Shown: positions 35,396-44,709 of the stretch, piece after piece
How the letters are laid out: each line of letters starts with the position of its first letter
Numbering within the stretch: position 1 is the stretch's first letter
Virus record (IMG/VR): IMGVR_UViG_3300021426_000001
From: a virus
Taxonomy: Duplodnaviria > Caudoviricetes
DNA: 64,000 bases
Strand: one strand, 5' to 3'
Position numbers and translations under genes: made by a program
The notes under the pieces: generated by a model
Seen by the model: only the letters and a program-made list of their open reading frames with translations
What the model was told of the DNA's origin: nothing
Database searches by the model: none

Positions 35396-36316
35396 CTACC
35401 TCAGTGTCACTTTGATGCCATGCTCTCCCTCGCGCCATGCGTTGATGGACATCTTGGAGATTATGTCGTATGCCTCGTATAGGTCTTGCGGGGCGTTGAA
35501 CATTCTGAACTCGTCGTCGTTCACTATCAGGAGATAGTCATTCTTCTCTACCTTCATGTAGCAGTAGAGGTGCATGGCTGCGACCGTCCTTATGAGCTGG
35601 CCCTTGTCGAAATAGAGCTTAGTAGCCGCTCTGCTGACGCCGTTGTCCTCCTTCCATAGATTCTGGAGGTACGTGAAGATCTTCATCGCCTTCTTCTCGT
35701 CCAGTCCTAGCGCCTTCTTGATCTTGTACGCGTTGTCCTGATTGAGCGCCCAGTCTTTCATGTCGTTGATCTGCAGCTCACGGCAGATGTCCCTCATTAG
35801 TCTCGCAGTCATCGGCTTGAAGGCCTTGTTCTGACCGTTTCCGAGCGGAGCGCCGACTCCCTTGACCTCTATCTTGCTGCCAGTGTCTAGATCCACCAAG
35901 TCGCCAACGCTGCTAGAGAATCCGATGTTCTTGAATGTAGCCGCGAACAAGAACTCGCCCTTTCCGATAGCTGGACGTGTCGTGGTGACTCCTAGGCACA
36001 TGGATATGTACTCCTTCTTCAGATCGTCTCTGAGCGGAGTCTTAGCTAGCAGAGCAGTTAGCTTATCTGCCATCTTTCCGGGCTTCATAGTAGACTTGAA
36101 GAGATCGGCCCTGAACTCGTCTGGATCGATCAATAGCGTCTTCTCTATAATGCTCACGTAGTCGCTGACAAGCTCGTTGTGCTTGCCGAGCTTTCTGTCT
36201 GTCCAGAACTCCCTCGCGATAGCCTTGATCTTCGGCTCCTTCGCTAGGTTCGTGATCTTCTGGGCTGTGCCGTTGTCGACTTTAACTGTCTGTCCGTTTA
36301 GATTTATGTTTGGCAT
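35396..36316 (-). CDS. late protein with PD-(D/E)xK-like motif
   Basis: IGKGEF...GDLVD...IEVKG; late promoter 36337-36344; start ATG 36316. Confidence 0.55.
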   Translation of the reverse strand: MPNINLNGQTVKVDNGTAQKITNLAKEPKIKAIAREFWTDRKLGKHNELVSDYVSIIEKTLLIDPDEFRADLFKSTMKPGKMADKLTALLAKTPLRDDLKKEYISMCLGVTTTRPAIGKGEFLFAATFKNIGFSSSVGDLVDLDTGSKIEVKGVGAPLGNGQNKAFKPMTARLMRDICRELQINDMKDWALNQDNAYKIKKALGLDEKKAMKIFTYLQNLWKEDNGVSRAATKLYFDKGQLIRTVAAMHLYCYMKVEKNDYLLIVNDDEFRMFNAPQDLYEAYDIISKMSINAWREGEHGIKVTLR

Positions 36317-36336
36317 ATTCAGGCTCTTATACTCAG

Positions 36337-36344
36337 TATTTATA
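36337..36344 (-). promoter_or_regulatory. late promoter
   Basis: TATAAATA. Confidence 0.75.
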
Positions 36345-36400
36345 GCTGCAAAGAGACCGCTGAAGGTCATCCAGCGGTCCTCATTTTATCATTACGATTT

Positions 36401-39076
36401 TTAGTCGTTAGCTTTCCACTGCGGCTCGAACGCTCTGTAGCAGAAGCGGTCGTCCACTAGGTTAGCGAGACATGTTTGTCCGTATCTATCCCAAGCGTTC
36501 CAAGATACTGGTGTGTCAGACTCTCCAGCCCATAGATCAGGATTGATTCTGATGACTGGCTTGCCGTCAGCGCCATACTCCCAGTACATGTGCTTGAGTA
36601 GCTTGTACAGCTTGAAGAGGTTGATTCTTCCCATGTTCTCGAATGCGTGCTTAGAGTAGTTCTCGTCAGTTCTTCCCTTGAGGAATCCGAGGTTGATAGC
36701 CTCTGAGCCGTAGTCGACTGTTCTTCCCTTCACGTCCTGCAGAGTCAGCTCAGTCTCCTTGATCCAGTGCGGCTCTCTGTCATTGGAGTCACCGTCAGTC
36801 CAGATTACGGGATCCTTTGGATGAACGAGCGTGAACTCGAAGCCGTTGTACTTGAACTCTGGAATCTCAGTAGATGCTGGTCTGTAAGAGCCTACGACGA
36901 TCTGCTTCGTCTGACCCTCCTGATAGTACTCCTGGTTGTTCAAGCCCATGAGGATAGTCGGACCGTTATTTCCAGCGCTGTGATATGCGTTCGTCTGACG
37001 GATGTCGTTTCTCAGTCCCTTACCGACATAGAACACGTCATGCTCATCGCATAGAGTCGTCTCAGCGGTTGGAGGCTCCCATGTAGCTCTCTCACGCTTC
37101 GTGTATATGTGGCAGTTTCTGCCAAATATGAAGCAGTCATCGACCTCGATGAGTCCTCCGTCGTTGTCACTGCCCTCGATGGTGTTGAGATCTTCTGAGT
37201 TCGATCCAGTGCCGAAGATACGGCAGTTCTTAGCGTTTTTGGCAGTGAATAGACCACCGATGAAGATGTTGTTCTTGCCGTTCGTGAGCGTAGACCAGTG
37301 GTCTGTGTAGACTCCATCGATCTGAGACTTGACGCGCCAGCCATTGATTCCGAGCATCACATCGTTGTCGCCGTTCTCGATTCCAGTTCTGTTACAGCCG
37401 ATCAGAACTGATCTAGCTTGCTCTTCCGTGTTGAAGGAGTCAGTTCCGTTTCCAGTGTTGTCGATCTTCACGTAGTTAGAGTTGAGGATCATGGTGAGCG
37501 GATTGTTCTTTCCACGCTCGCCGTGCTTACCCTTTACTCTCTGGAACACTTCCACGTCCTGAGAGTTTGCGATGAGGGCGTTGTAGCGGTATAGATCACG
37601 GTTCTTGCCGTTGGTCAGGTCATCATCCTTTCCAAGATGTCTAGTGTAGCACTTGACTCGGCTAGAGTTCATGATGAGGTTGTTGCCTCTAGAGATCACG
37701 TCTGCCGTGTTCAGGTTAGTGCCATCACCGCAAGCCAGTGACTTGTGCGTGAAGAGATTGTTGCCATTAGCGAAGCAAGCGCTGTTAGCCGCCCAGTTCG
37801 CTAGATCATACTCGCTTCCACCCTCTAGATACTTCGAGAAGTCAGTCTCCTGGAAGATGTGCGGTCTGTGGTTGGCCGTGTAGATAGAAGCGTCTGTGAA
37901 CAGCCAGTCGCTGAAGAAGTCACATCCTGGCTTAGTCTTCGAGATCCAGTTGACGTCATATACTGATCCAGAGCTGCATGCCCAGTTCTCGTTGTTCGTT
38001 CCCTGAGCCATGAAGTAGCTCTCTACTACTCCGTCGAGCGATCCGTGGACGTATCCTGCAGTGTCTCTCTCGAAGCCCACCTTTCCGAGCATGAACTGAG
38101 GTGTTCTGTACTCGTTCACAGCAGATGCGTTAGTGAGAATTGTGAGTCTCGCTGGAGATCCGAAGTCTACGTTGTGGTCCCACTCGTCCTCTTGCACATC
38201 GTTCGTGAAGAAGAGGCGTGACTTGAAGTCAATGGTCTCTTCGTTGTAGTTCGGATATGCAGACGAAGCATAGATTCCCTCGTCGTACTTGTAGAGTGGA
38301 TTGTCACGCTCTGCGATGTCGTGTCCGCTGATGACGTATGATGAAGTGGTGAGAAGATTGTCGTTCACCACGTGCATCGTTCCAGCGAACTTCTGCCAGT
38401 TCTCATAAGCGCGTGAATCTTCTACTGCTTCAGTTATATCATGAACGCCAGTGACCTGAATAGCGATCTTCAGCGTGAACTTAGTCTTGTTGTTGCTAGA
38501 AGATGAAGGATTCAGGCCAGGTCTTTGATCGCTGGTGAAGCCAACGATTCCGATAGGAACTGAGCGCTCGATCTTTCCCTGCTGAGTCTCTGAGTAGAAG
38601 TCAGTGTTGTAGGCCTGTCCATAGAGAACGATAGCGTCAACATCGAATTCTCCCTGAATTCTGTCGCCGAACATCGTGTCATAGAGAGGAATCTCGATGA
38701 CGCAGGATCCGCGTTCTAGCTCTCCGTCGTACGATAGCTTGATCTCCTCAGCTGCCTCTACGACGAGTCCCTGGAACATGTGACTGCCAGGATCGGTGAC
38801 AGCGCTGTTGTACTTAGTGTCATTGCTGCGGACGTATCCGTCGTTGACGATGTAGCTTATGTCCCTGTAGAGGACAGTTCCGCCCTGCTTAACCACCTCA
38901 TCTAGCGTAAACGACTCATTACCCAGTAGCTTGTTTGCTATCCAGTTCTTTCTGGTTTTATCCTTTGGAAGTGAGATCAAAGCGAAGCCGTTGAACTGCA
39001 AAGATAGACCGCGAGACTGGTTAGCGCTCACGTCTGGATCTGCTAGGAGGGCGAACCTATACTGGTATGTTGCCAT
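36401..39076 (-). CDS. large virion structural protein (baseplate/fibre, beta-helix-like repeats)
   Basis: Asn/Gly repeats (NNIFIGG, NCRIFG, CFIFGRN); inside tail module. Confidence 0.55.
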   Translation of the reverse strand: MATYQYRFALLADPDVSANQSRGLSLQFNGFALISLPKDKTRKNWIANKLLGNESFTLDEVVKQGGTVLYRDISYIVNDGYVRSNDTKYNSAVTDPGSHMFQGLVVEAAEEIKLSYDGELERGSCVIEIPLYDTMFGDRIQGEFDVDAIVLYGQAYNTDFYSETQQGKIERSVPIGIVGFTSDQRPGLNPSSSSNNKTKFTLKIAIQVTGVHDITEAVEDSRAYENWQKFAGTMHVVNDNLLTTSSYVISGHDIAERDNPLYKYDEGIYASSAYPNYNEETIDFKSRLFFTNDVQEDEWDHNVDFGSPARLTILTNASAVNEYRTPQFMLGKVGFERDTAGYVHGSLDGVVESYFMAQGTNNENWACSSGSVYDVNWISKTKPGCDFFSDWLFTDASIYTANHRPHIFQETDFSKYLEGGSEYDLANWAANSACFANGNNLFTHKSLACGDGTNLNTADVISRGNNLIMNSSRVKCYTRHLGKDDDLTNGKNRDLYRYNALIANSQDVEVFQRVKGKHGERGKNNPLTMILNSNYVKIDNTGNGTDSFNTEEQARSVLIGCNRTGIENGDNDVMLGINGWRVKSQIDGVYTDHWSTLTNGKNNIFIGGLFTAKNAKNCRIFGTGSNSEDLNTIEGSDNDGGLIEVDDCFIFGRNCHIYTKRERATWEPPTAETTLCDEHDVFYVGKGLRNDIRQTNAYHSAGNNGPTILMGLNNQEYYQEGQTKQIVVGSYRPASTEIPEFKYNGFEFTLVHPKDPVIWTDGDSNDREPHWIKETELTLQDVKGRTVDYGSEAINLGFLKGRTDENYSKHAFENMGRINLFKLYKLLKHMYWEYGADGKPVIRINPDLWAGESDTPVSWNAWDRYGQTCLANLVDDRFCYRAFEPQWKAND

Positions 39077-39094
39077 CAGTTCTCCTGAAAATGT

Positions 39095-39454
39095 TTAGTG
39101 CTGCTTGCTGAGCTCAGTCTGGAACACTGGCATCACGATTCCCGTCTGGTCCTCGATCTGGTTGAAGGACTGACAAGAGCCCTGCGGCTCTTCGAGAGTG
39201 TGGTGGTGATTTCCAGCGATGATCTTGCCGTCAATGATCAGGTGCATGTGACCGTCGATTCCAGCCTTGTCCGTGTGGCCTAGGTTTGAATACTTGTCCA
39301 TGTAGTAGTGATGACGGTGCGGATCCACCTCGCACTTCTCTGTGTTAGGGATAGCGTCAGAGGTAGAACCAAACACGACGCTGCCTGGGAATTCTCTAGG
39401 TCCAAGAGATCCGAGAACCTGCTCAACTAGATAATCATTCAATTTCTTGCTCAT
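39095..39454 (-). CDS. His-rich late protein
   Basis: HRHH, GHT, GHMH, HHH; leaderless late promoter. Confidence 0.65.
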   Translation of the reverse strand: MSKKLNDYLVEQVLGSLGPREFPGSVVFGSTSDAIPNTEKCEVDPHRHHYYMDKYSNLGHTDKAGIDGHMHLIIDGKIIAGNHHHTLEEPQGSCQSFNQIEDQTGIVMPVFQTELSKQH

Positions 39455-39458
39455 AGTT

Positions 39459-39466
39459 TATTTATA
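39459..39466 (-). promoter_or_regulatory. late promoter, 4 nt from ATG
   Basis: TATAAATA AACT ATG. Confidence 0.75.
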
Positions 39467-40142
39467 CCTCCCTCAAAGGCGTCATTCTCTGATATGTTAT
39501 CGTCGCGTCTATCGTTCTGATAGTCTCATTGCCCTCGTTAGTGTTCTGCTCGGCGCCAAGCTTTGAGACATAGCAGAACTCGTACTTGTATGCCTGAACC
39601 GTCGCAGCCTCGGCTACCTTGTCAGCGCCGTCTGTCGGATCATACTGGTTCACTCGCTCGACATCGTATACTCTCACTATCATGTCGAAATAGAAGCATG
39701 GAGGCAGCGTTGGACGAGTGTTTCCGTCCGTCTGGTAGTCTAGGCCGTCTGCCTGCATAAGCTGCTCCAGAATGAATCTAATGTCCCTCTTGATGTTGTC
39801 ATTGAAGGTGAGCGTTATGCTGTGCGCTTGGTCATATCGGCTGGAGTAAGTCTTGTAGTAGCCAGGATAGAAGATGTTGAATGTGCCCGCTGGCTCTGGG
39901 TGCTTGATGGGGATCTTAGCTACTGCCTTTCCGAGCTTGTTCATCCACTCTTCTCTGCCGAACCTTCCAGTAGAGTTTAGCTTGTCCACGACATCCTGAA
40001 GAAGCTTTGGTGGATCGCCCTGAATCTCTACTCGGTTCTCCTGAATATCCAAGTCCTCGGAGAGAATGAACTCTACCGTGAAAGCCCAGTTCGGCTCTGG
40101 CTTGACATCGAAGAACGGATTTTTGAAGATGTTGTACATCAC
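39462..40142 (-). CDS. tail-tube-fold protein (gp19/gp48/gp54-like)
   Basis: ITLTFND, Y.YEFCYVSKLG, ATITY; shared YNIF N-terminus. Confidence 0.65.
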   Translation of the reverse strand: MMYNIFKNPFFDVKPEPNWAFTVEFILSEDLDIQENRVEIQGDPPKLLQDVVDKLNSTGRFGREEWMNKLGKAVAKIPIKHPEPAGTFNIFYPGYYKTYSSRYDQAHSITLTFNDNIKRDIRFILEQLMQADGLDYQTDGNTRPTLPPCFYFDMIVRVYDVERVNQYDPTDGADKVAEAATVQAYKYEFCYVSKLGAEQNTNEGNETIRTIDATITYQRMTPLREV

Positions 40143-40696
40143 TCCTCCACTGGGTGGACATCGAAGTTGTCATAGGCCACGTTAGCAGTGAGACGATAGA
40201 TCTCTGAGCTAGAGGCGTCAAGGTCTGTCCATCCGACATCCTTCACGTTGCAGTTGTAGAGAGTGTAGACGAGTCCGCTCTCGAACTTCTGATCTCTGAC
40301 GATCAGCTCGATCTTATCGAACTTCTTGTTGAACTCTACGTGCTTGTAGCGCTGATCCTCGTCCATGAATGCGTTTCCGATAGGGACGCCGAGGAATTGA
40401 ATGAGCTGCATGTTCTGCTTTGCGTTGCAGCGCATGTAGAACTCGACTGGAATCTCTCCTCCGCGATCTGAGTTGATCACGTCCCTGCGGTATGTGCCGA
40501 AATACCAGCGCTTAGCGAGTACGTTCGACTGCTTTGGCGTTCCAGACCTGAACGGATAGAACTGATTTGACTCAGAGGCCGCGTATCTGAACGTGAAGCC
40601 AGTGCTGTCGTAGAATACGACTGAGAACAGGTCCGTTCTCATCGGATCTGCGAATGTGTCTAGCTCGCTCGTAAAGATGTTGTATTGCTCTTCCAT
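40139..40696 (-). CDS. tail-tube-fold protein
   Basis: DPMRTDLFSV.F, YTLYNC....VG..DLD.SS, A..AYD.F. Confidence 0.65.
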   Translation of the reverse strand: MEEQYNIFTSELDTFADPMRTDLFSVVFYDSTGFTFRYAASESNQFYPFRSGTPKQSNVLAKRWYFGTYRRDVINSDRGGEIPVEFYMRCNAKQNMQLIQFLGVPIGNAFMDEDQRYKHVEFNKKFDKIELIVRDQKFESGLVYTLYNCNVKDVGWTDLDASSSEIYRLTANVAYDNFDVHPVEE

Positions 40697-40704
40697 CGGT
40701 TCTC

Positions 40705-41346
40705 CTAATTCTCAGGGTTCGGGTCAATAGAGTATTTCATGAACGAGAATGATGCGCTCGGCTGAATGAATCCAGCGCTCTCGTAGTCAAGCTTGTATGC
40801 GTAGTCGTAGTCAACGAGACGACAGCTCCTGAAGATGTGTGTCAGGACCTTCTTGTGCAGGTTGTTGTCCCAGATGTGAACGCGAATCTCGTCAATGTAG
40901 CGATACGGATTGTAGCTCATTCTGGACTTGTCCACGTCCTCGTCGTAGAAGTTCTTCGCAAGGCAGTACTTGAGAAACTTCATCGCATACTGTCTCTCTG
41001 TCTCGTGGAACTTGATCTGGAACGGATTTGGCTTGTCCTTGTTCGGTACATAGATGACTCTGGTCGTGTTGCAGTACTTGAGATCGACCTCTCCTGGCTT
41101 ATAGGTCGGAGGCGTGAATCCTGTGCAGTTCTTGAAGGTGAAGAGTCTGTGCTTGTAGTTGGCGTCATCTACGCTCGTCTTTATTCCGTAAGCGGTCACG
41201 TCCTGCGGAGTGAAGTACTTGTTCAGGTTGGTGTCCCTCTCCCTCTGCCAAGACGGCTCACGGTCAGAGATCTCGACGCTGTAGGCATCGGACATCTTGA
41301 ATGACTTAGTGACCAAGTAGTCTTTTATGGAGAATTCTGGATCCAT
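40705..41346 (-). CDS. tail-tube-fold protein
   Basis: FQIKFHET, H.F..C.L.DY...LDYES, ASFSF. Confidence 0.6.
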   Translation of the reverse strand: MDPEFSIKDYLVTKSFKMSDAYSVEISDREPSWQRERDTNLNKYFTPQDVTAYGIKTSVDDANYKHRLFTFKNCTGFTPPTYKPGEVDLKYCNTTRVIYVPNKDKPNPFQIKFHETERQYAMKFLKYCLAKNFYDEDVDKSRMSYNPYRYIDEIRVHIWDNNLHKKVLTHIFRSCRLVDYDYAYKLDYESAGFIQPSASFSFMKYSIDPNPEN

Positions 41347-41350
41347 CCTC

Positions 41351-41671
41351 TTAGCTCTTTATCCTTCTGTACTTGAACGCGTTGTTGATCTTGTCGATCG
41401 GAATGTACTTGAGAACGACATCTGGCATCAGATCGTGCCACGGATCTGAGATTCCGTTGAGCCACATCACGAACCACCAGAGCTCGTCAGTGCCATAGAG
41501 ACGGTAGCTGACGAGATCTGGTCTGCAATACTCCTGATCCCTCACAGTCGTCCAGCTGTAGACCTTCGCCTCATCTAGCTCTGGAAAGTCGATGCTGCCC
41601 ATGTCTACTTCTTTCACATCGTCTATGATGTTCTTCTGGAATAGAGTCTCTCTGTTGTAAATTCCGGCCAT
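41351..41671 (-). CDS. gp53: baseplate wedge protein (gp53-like, LysM-like)
   Basis: RPDLVSYRLYGTDELWW.V..LNGISDPW. Confidence 0.85.
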   Translation of the reverse strand: MAGIYNRETLFQKNIIDDVKEVDMGSIDFPELDEAKVYSWTTVRDQEYCRPDLVSYRLYGTDELWWFVMWLNGISDPWHDLMPDVVLKYIPIDKINNAFKYRRIKS

Positions 41672-41676
41672 ATATT

Positions 41677-43233
41677 CTATTTATCCTCGGTGAGGGCTTT
41701 GAGCTTCGCCGTCTCAGTTTCGATTCTCTGTCTTGACTCCTTCAGGAGACGGTCGTAGTAGTCCTGATTCTCGTTGAACGTCTTCATCGCGTGCATCTTG
41801 TCGCCAGTGTAGCCGCCCATCTTGTACTTTCTAGCGTCAAGGAGCTTCTGAGACTTTATCTCACGCTGTACTTCTTCCTGCTCTCTGATTATCTTCTGAG
41901 CTGCCTGAATCTTAGCAGCCCTCTCGTCCATGTGCTGAGCTTTCTTTCCGTCCTTGCGCTCCTCGTACCACTGATCTGTGCTCTGAGTGTCGTTCATCTC
42001 GACTGCGCCAGCGTCTCTGAAGTTCTCACGAACCGTCTCGTTCTCCCACTTGACTAGAGATTCCACGTCGCGGTCGAACGCTCTCTTCTTATCCATTATC
42101 TGAGGTACGAGATCCCATTGAGGAAGATCATAGCTGGTCTTTCCTCCCTCCTCGACGACTGCTTGCTGAGCAGCTATCACTTGATTCTTCACGGTCTTCT
42201 CATCAGCAGTCAGATCGATTCCATACTTCTGGAACTCCTTTACTTTGTGCTTCTCGACGAGCGCATCGACTTCTGGCTGGAGAACAGCCTCTACAGCCTC
42301 TTCTCGCTCCCTAGCAGTGACATAGTCGCCGTTCGACAGCATTCCGTTCTTGTCTGCCTCTTTTCTGGCCTCGGCCACAGCAGTCTCGCGCTCTTCTTTG
42401 GCTTTTCTCTTCTCTTCGTCGAGAACTTTGTGAGCGAAGTCGACAGCTGCCTTGTCATCGAATACATCGTCAGAGAGGACCCTCTTGTCTGTCTCTGTGT
42501 CTCTCTTCCACTCGCTCGTAGAGTCCGGTCCCTTGCTGTTCGGAAGCTGGAGATCTGATTGTCTCGGCTCCTGATCCAGTGAGTTGAGCTTGATCTTGTT
42601 CTTGCTCGCGTACTCGTTGCTGATGTCGTTGAAGACGATTGTCGTGCCCCATTCGACGCAGTCTTCTGAGCTGTAGTCGAACTCTACCTCGTCTAGCTTC
42701 TCTGCGAAGCAGTCCTTGAAGTAGTATTGAGCGACGACATCAGCGTCGAAGTTCTGAGTGCCGCTTATGACTTCTTCCCCAGCAGCGTTCCTTCCGAAAG
42801 TCACGGCAGTGTCGACATTGTTGGTCACTCTCGGATCGAGAATCTCTACCAAGAATATGACATCCTGGCTGAAGTCTGAATACTTCGGCGCATACTTGTT
42901 TCCGTCTGCGGCCTCGATCTTGTCCTCACGGTTGTCGTAGGTTCTGCGGAATATCTTCAACAGCTGCTTGTAGACAGAGAGATTCTTGTCGTCATAGAAC
43001 TTGACATTGAAGCTTCCTGAGTTGCGGTAGCGTGTCGGAACGTGGAAGTTCATTCCTCCGAAGTGGACCTGAAATGTCATCACTTCCATGTCTGGCAGCT
43101 GCACCTCTTTCACAGCCTGTCTGAGCTTCAGAATCTCCTGCGGAGGATCTCCGATGAACACAGTCAAGCGGTACGCCCACGGAAGTCCGGGCATATCGTC
43201 GTAGAAGTCATTGTGAAAGATGTTGTACTGCAT
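41677..43233 (-). CDS. tail-tube-fold domain plus long coiled-coil extension
   Basis: V.LP, FNVKFYD, Y.FKDCF...L....FDYSS; charged helical C-half. Confidence 0.6.
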   Translation of the reverse strand: MQYNIFHNDFYDDMPGLPWAYRLTVFIGDPPQEILKLRQAVKEVQLPDMEVMTFQVHFGGMNFHVPTRYRNSGSFNVKFYDDKNLSVYKQLLKIFRRTYDNREDKIEAADGNKYAPKYSDFSQDVIFLVEILDPRVTNNVDTAVTFGRNAAGEEVISGTQNFDADVVAQYYFKDCFAEKLDEVEFDYSSEDCVEWGTTIVFNDISNEYASKNKIKLNSLDQEPRQSDLQLPNSKGPDSTSEWKRDTETDKRVLSDDVFDDKAAVDFAHKVLDEEKRKAKEERETAVAEARKEADKNGMLSNGDYVTAREREEAVEAVLQPEVDALVEKHKVKEFQKYGIDLTADEKTVKNQVIAAQQAVVEEGGKTSYDLPQWDLVPQIMDKKRAFDRDVESLVKWENETVRENFRDAGAVEMNDTQSTDQWYEERKDGKKAQHMDERAAKIQAAQKIIREQEEVQREIKSQKLLDARKYKMGGYTGDKMHAMKTFNENQDYYDRLLKESRQRIETETAKLKALTEDK

Positions 43234-44709
43234 TTACTTCTTCCCGTTGAGAATGTTCTTGTAGCTGTCGTTTATCTCTTCTGCCTGACGATCTTCTCTG
43301 GTCTGGTTCAGTCTCACCTTCATGTCTGCCTTAGTCTCGTTTCCGCTAGGCAGGAAGCTTGATCTCTTGCTTCTCTCCTCATCAGTCATTCTCATCACGT
43401 GGACCTCGTCCACCTTGTGAGTCAGAGCGAGACCAGACATGCTGTTCTGTCTCGTGTCGGATGTAGTGTACCAGCCTCTCTTCTTGTCATATAGGACAGT
43501 GACTACGTGACCGGCTTCCTTGTCGGACGAGTCATAGTCGATGATGATCTTGTCGCCCTCACGTATCTTTCCGCTGTTCGCCAGACTCGTGATGTATGAG
43601 TTGACGTCACTGACGTTGCTAACTTTTCTGGACTCTGTCTCTTTGAATCCAGCAGCTTCCCACTCGTCTCGGCTCGAAGAGGCAGTCGGCGCTTTGACTC
43701 TCGTATTTCCGCTCACGATAGCTTCAAGGACAGACACTCCACGCTGGCAGTAGCCGTTGCTCAGCTTTCCGAATACTCCCATGTCAACGAGCGCATCAGA
43801 TACCTCCGAGTAGTCATTCACGTTCACTCCCTGCTCTCTCAGAACTTGACGAAGATGATCAATCTCTCTATCGTTTCCTGCTAACGTAGCTACTCTTACC
43901 AAGCTGTTCTTTCCAAGACGCTCAGACTCCGCTCGTAGCGCAGAGTTGCTGCTCACGTTATCAGTAGTGAATTGATGATGTATGTCAGTGTTAGCGTTCT
44001 GCTTTCCGTCAGGACCTAGCTCTGCGTTGCTTCCATACTTCTCTCTGTATGGATCCATGATGGCTGCGATTCTGTTGCCGACCTCTTCTGTGTTGAGCAT
44101 CGCTGGATCTGGCTCTTTGTCATGCAGCTGCATCTCTGCTGCTGCGTTCACTGGAGAATTCAGATTTCCGTGACTGTACTCGGCAGTCAGAGAGTTGAAA
44201 GTGACCTTCGTCTTCAGTAGCGTCACATCACTAGTTCTGATGAACTCAGGCAGTCCGATCTCCTTAGTCTTCAGCGCATACTCGTGCGAGAATATCTCTC
44301 TCTTCTTGATTCCGAACGTGTTTCTCTGGTCGTAGATCGCTACCCTCACGTAGAGATCTGCCTGGCCCCAGAAGAGCATCGTAGTAGCCTTCCATCTCCC
44401 CTGATTCAGGTAGTGGTAGAAGAGCTTAGTTATCTCCATCTCGTCCGTCTCGAAGAAGTCGAACTCGATGTCCTTCTTGCCCGTAGCCCAGAACGGAAAC
44501 GTTACGAAGAATGAGCCGTAAGACATCACATCTGCTGACTCAGACTCCATTCTTGGAAGATTCAGGCTGACGACAGAGTAGTTGAGCTTCTTGATCACTC
44601 TATCGTTCAGAACCTTGTCTCCCTCCCTCGCGTAGAACTCGCAAGAGAACAAGAACGCGCCGAGCGGTCTCATGTGAATGTCATCTTGATGTCCGTCTAT
44701 TCTAGCCAT
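43234..44709 (-). CDS. tail-tube-fold domain fused to Cys-His peptidoglycan amidase
   Basis: N-terminal SLNLP, FDFFET; C-terminal GYCQRGV...GD.III...GHV...W..SDTRQ. Confidence 0.6.
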   Translation of the reverse strand: MARIDGHQDDIHMRPLGAFLFSCEFYAREGDKVLNDRVIKKLNYSVVSLNLPRMESESADVMSYGSFFVTFPFWATGKKDIEFDFFETDEMEITKLFYHYLNQGRWKATTMLFWGQADLYVRVAIYDQRNTFGIKKREIFSHEYALKTKEIGLPEFIRTSDVTLLKTKVTFNSLTAEYSHGNLNSPVNAAAEMQLHDKEPDPAMLNTEEVGNRIAAIMDPYREKYGSNAELGPDGKQNANTDIHHQFTTDNVSSNSALRAESERLGKNSLVRVATLAGNDREIDHLRQVLREQGVNVNDYSEVSDALVDMGVFGKLSNGYCQRGVSVLEAIVSGNTRVKAPTASSSRDEWEAAGFKETESRKVSNVSDVNSYITSLANSGKIREGDKIIIDYDSSDKEAGHVVTVLYDKKRGWYTTSDTRQNSMSGLALTHKVDEVHVMRMTDEERSKRSSFLPSGNETKADMKVRLNQTREDRQAEEINDSYKNILNGKK

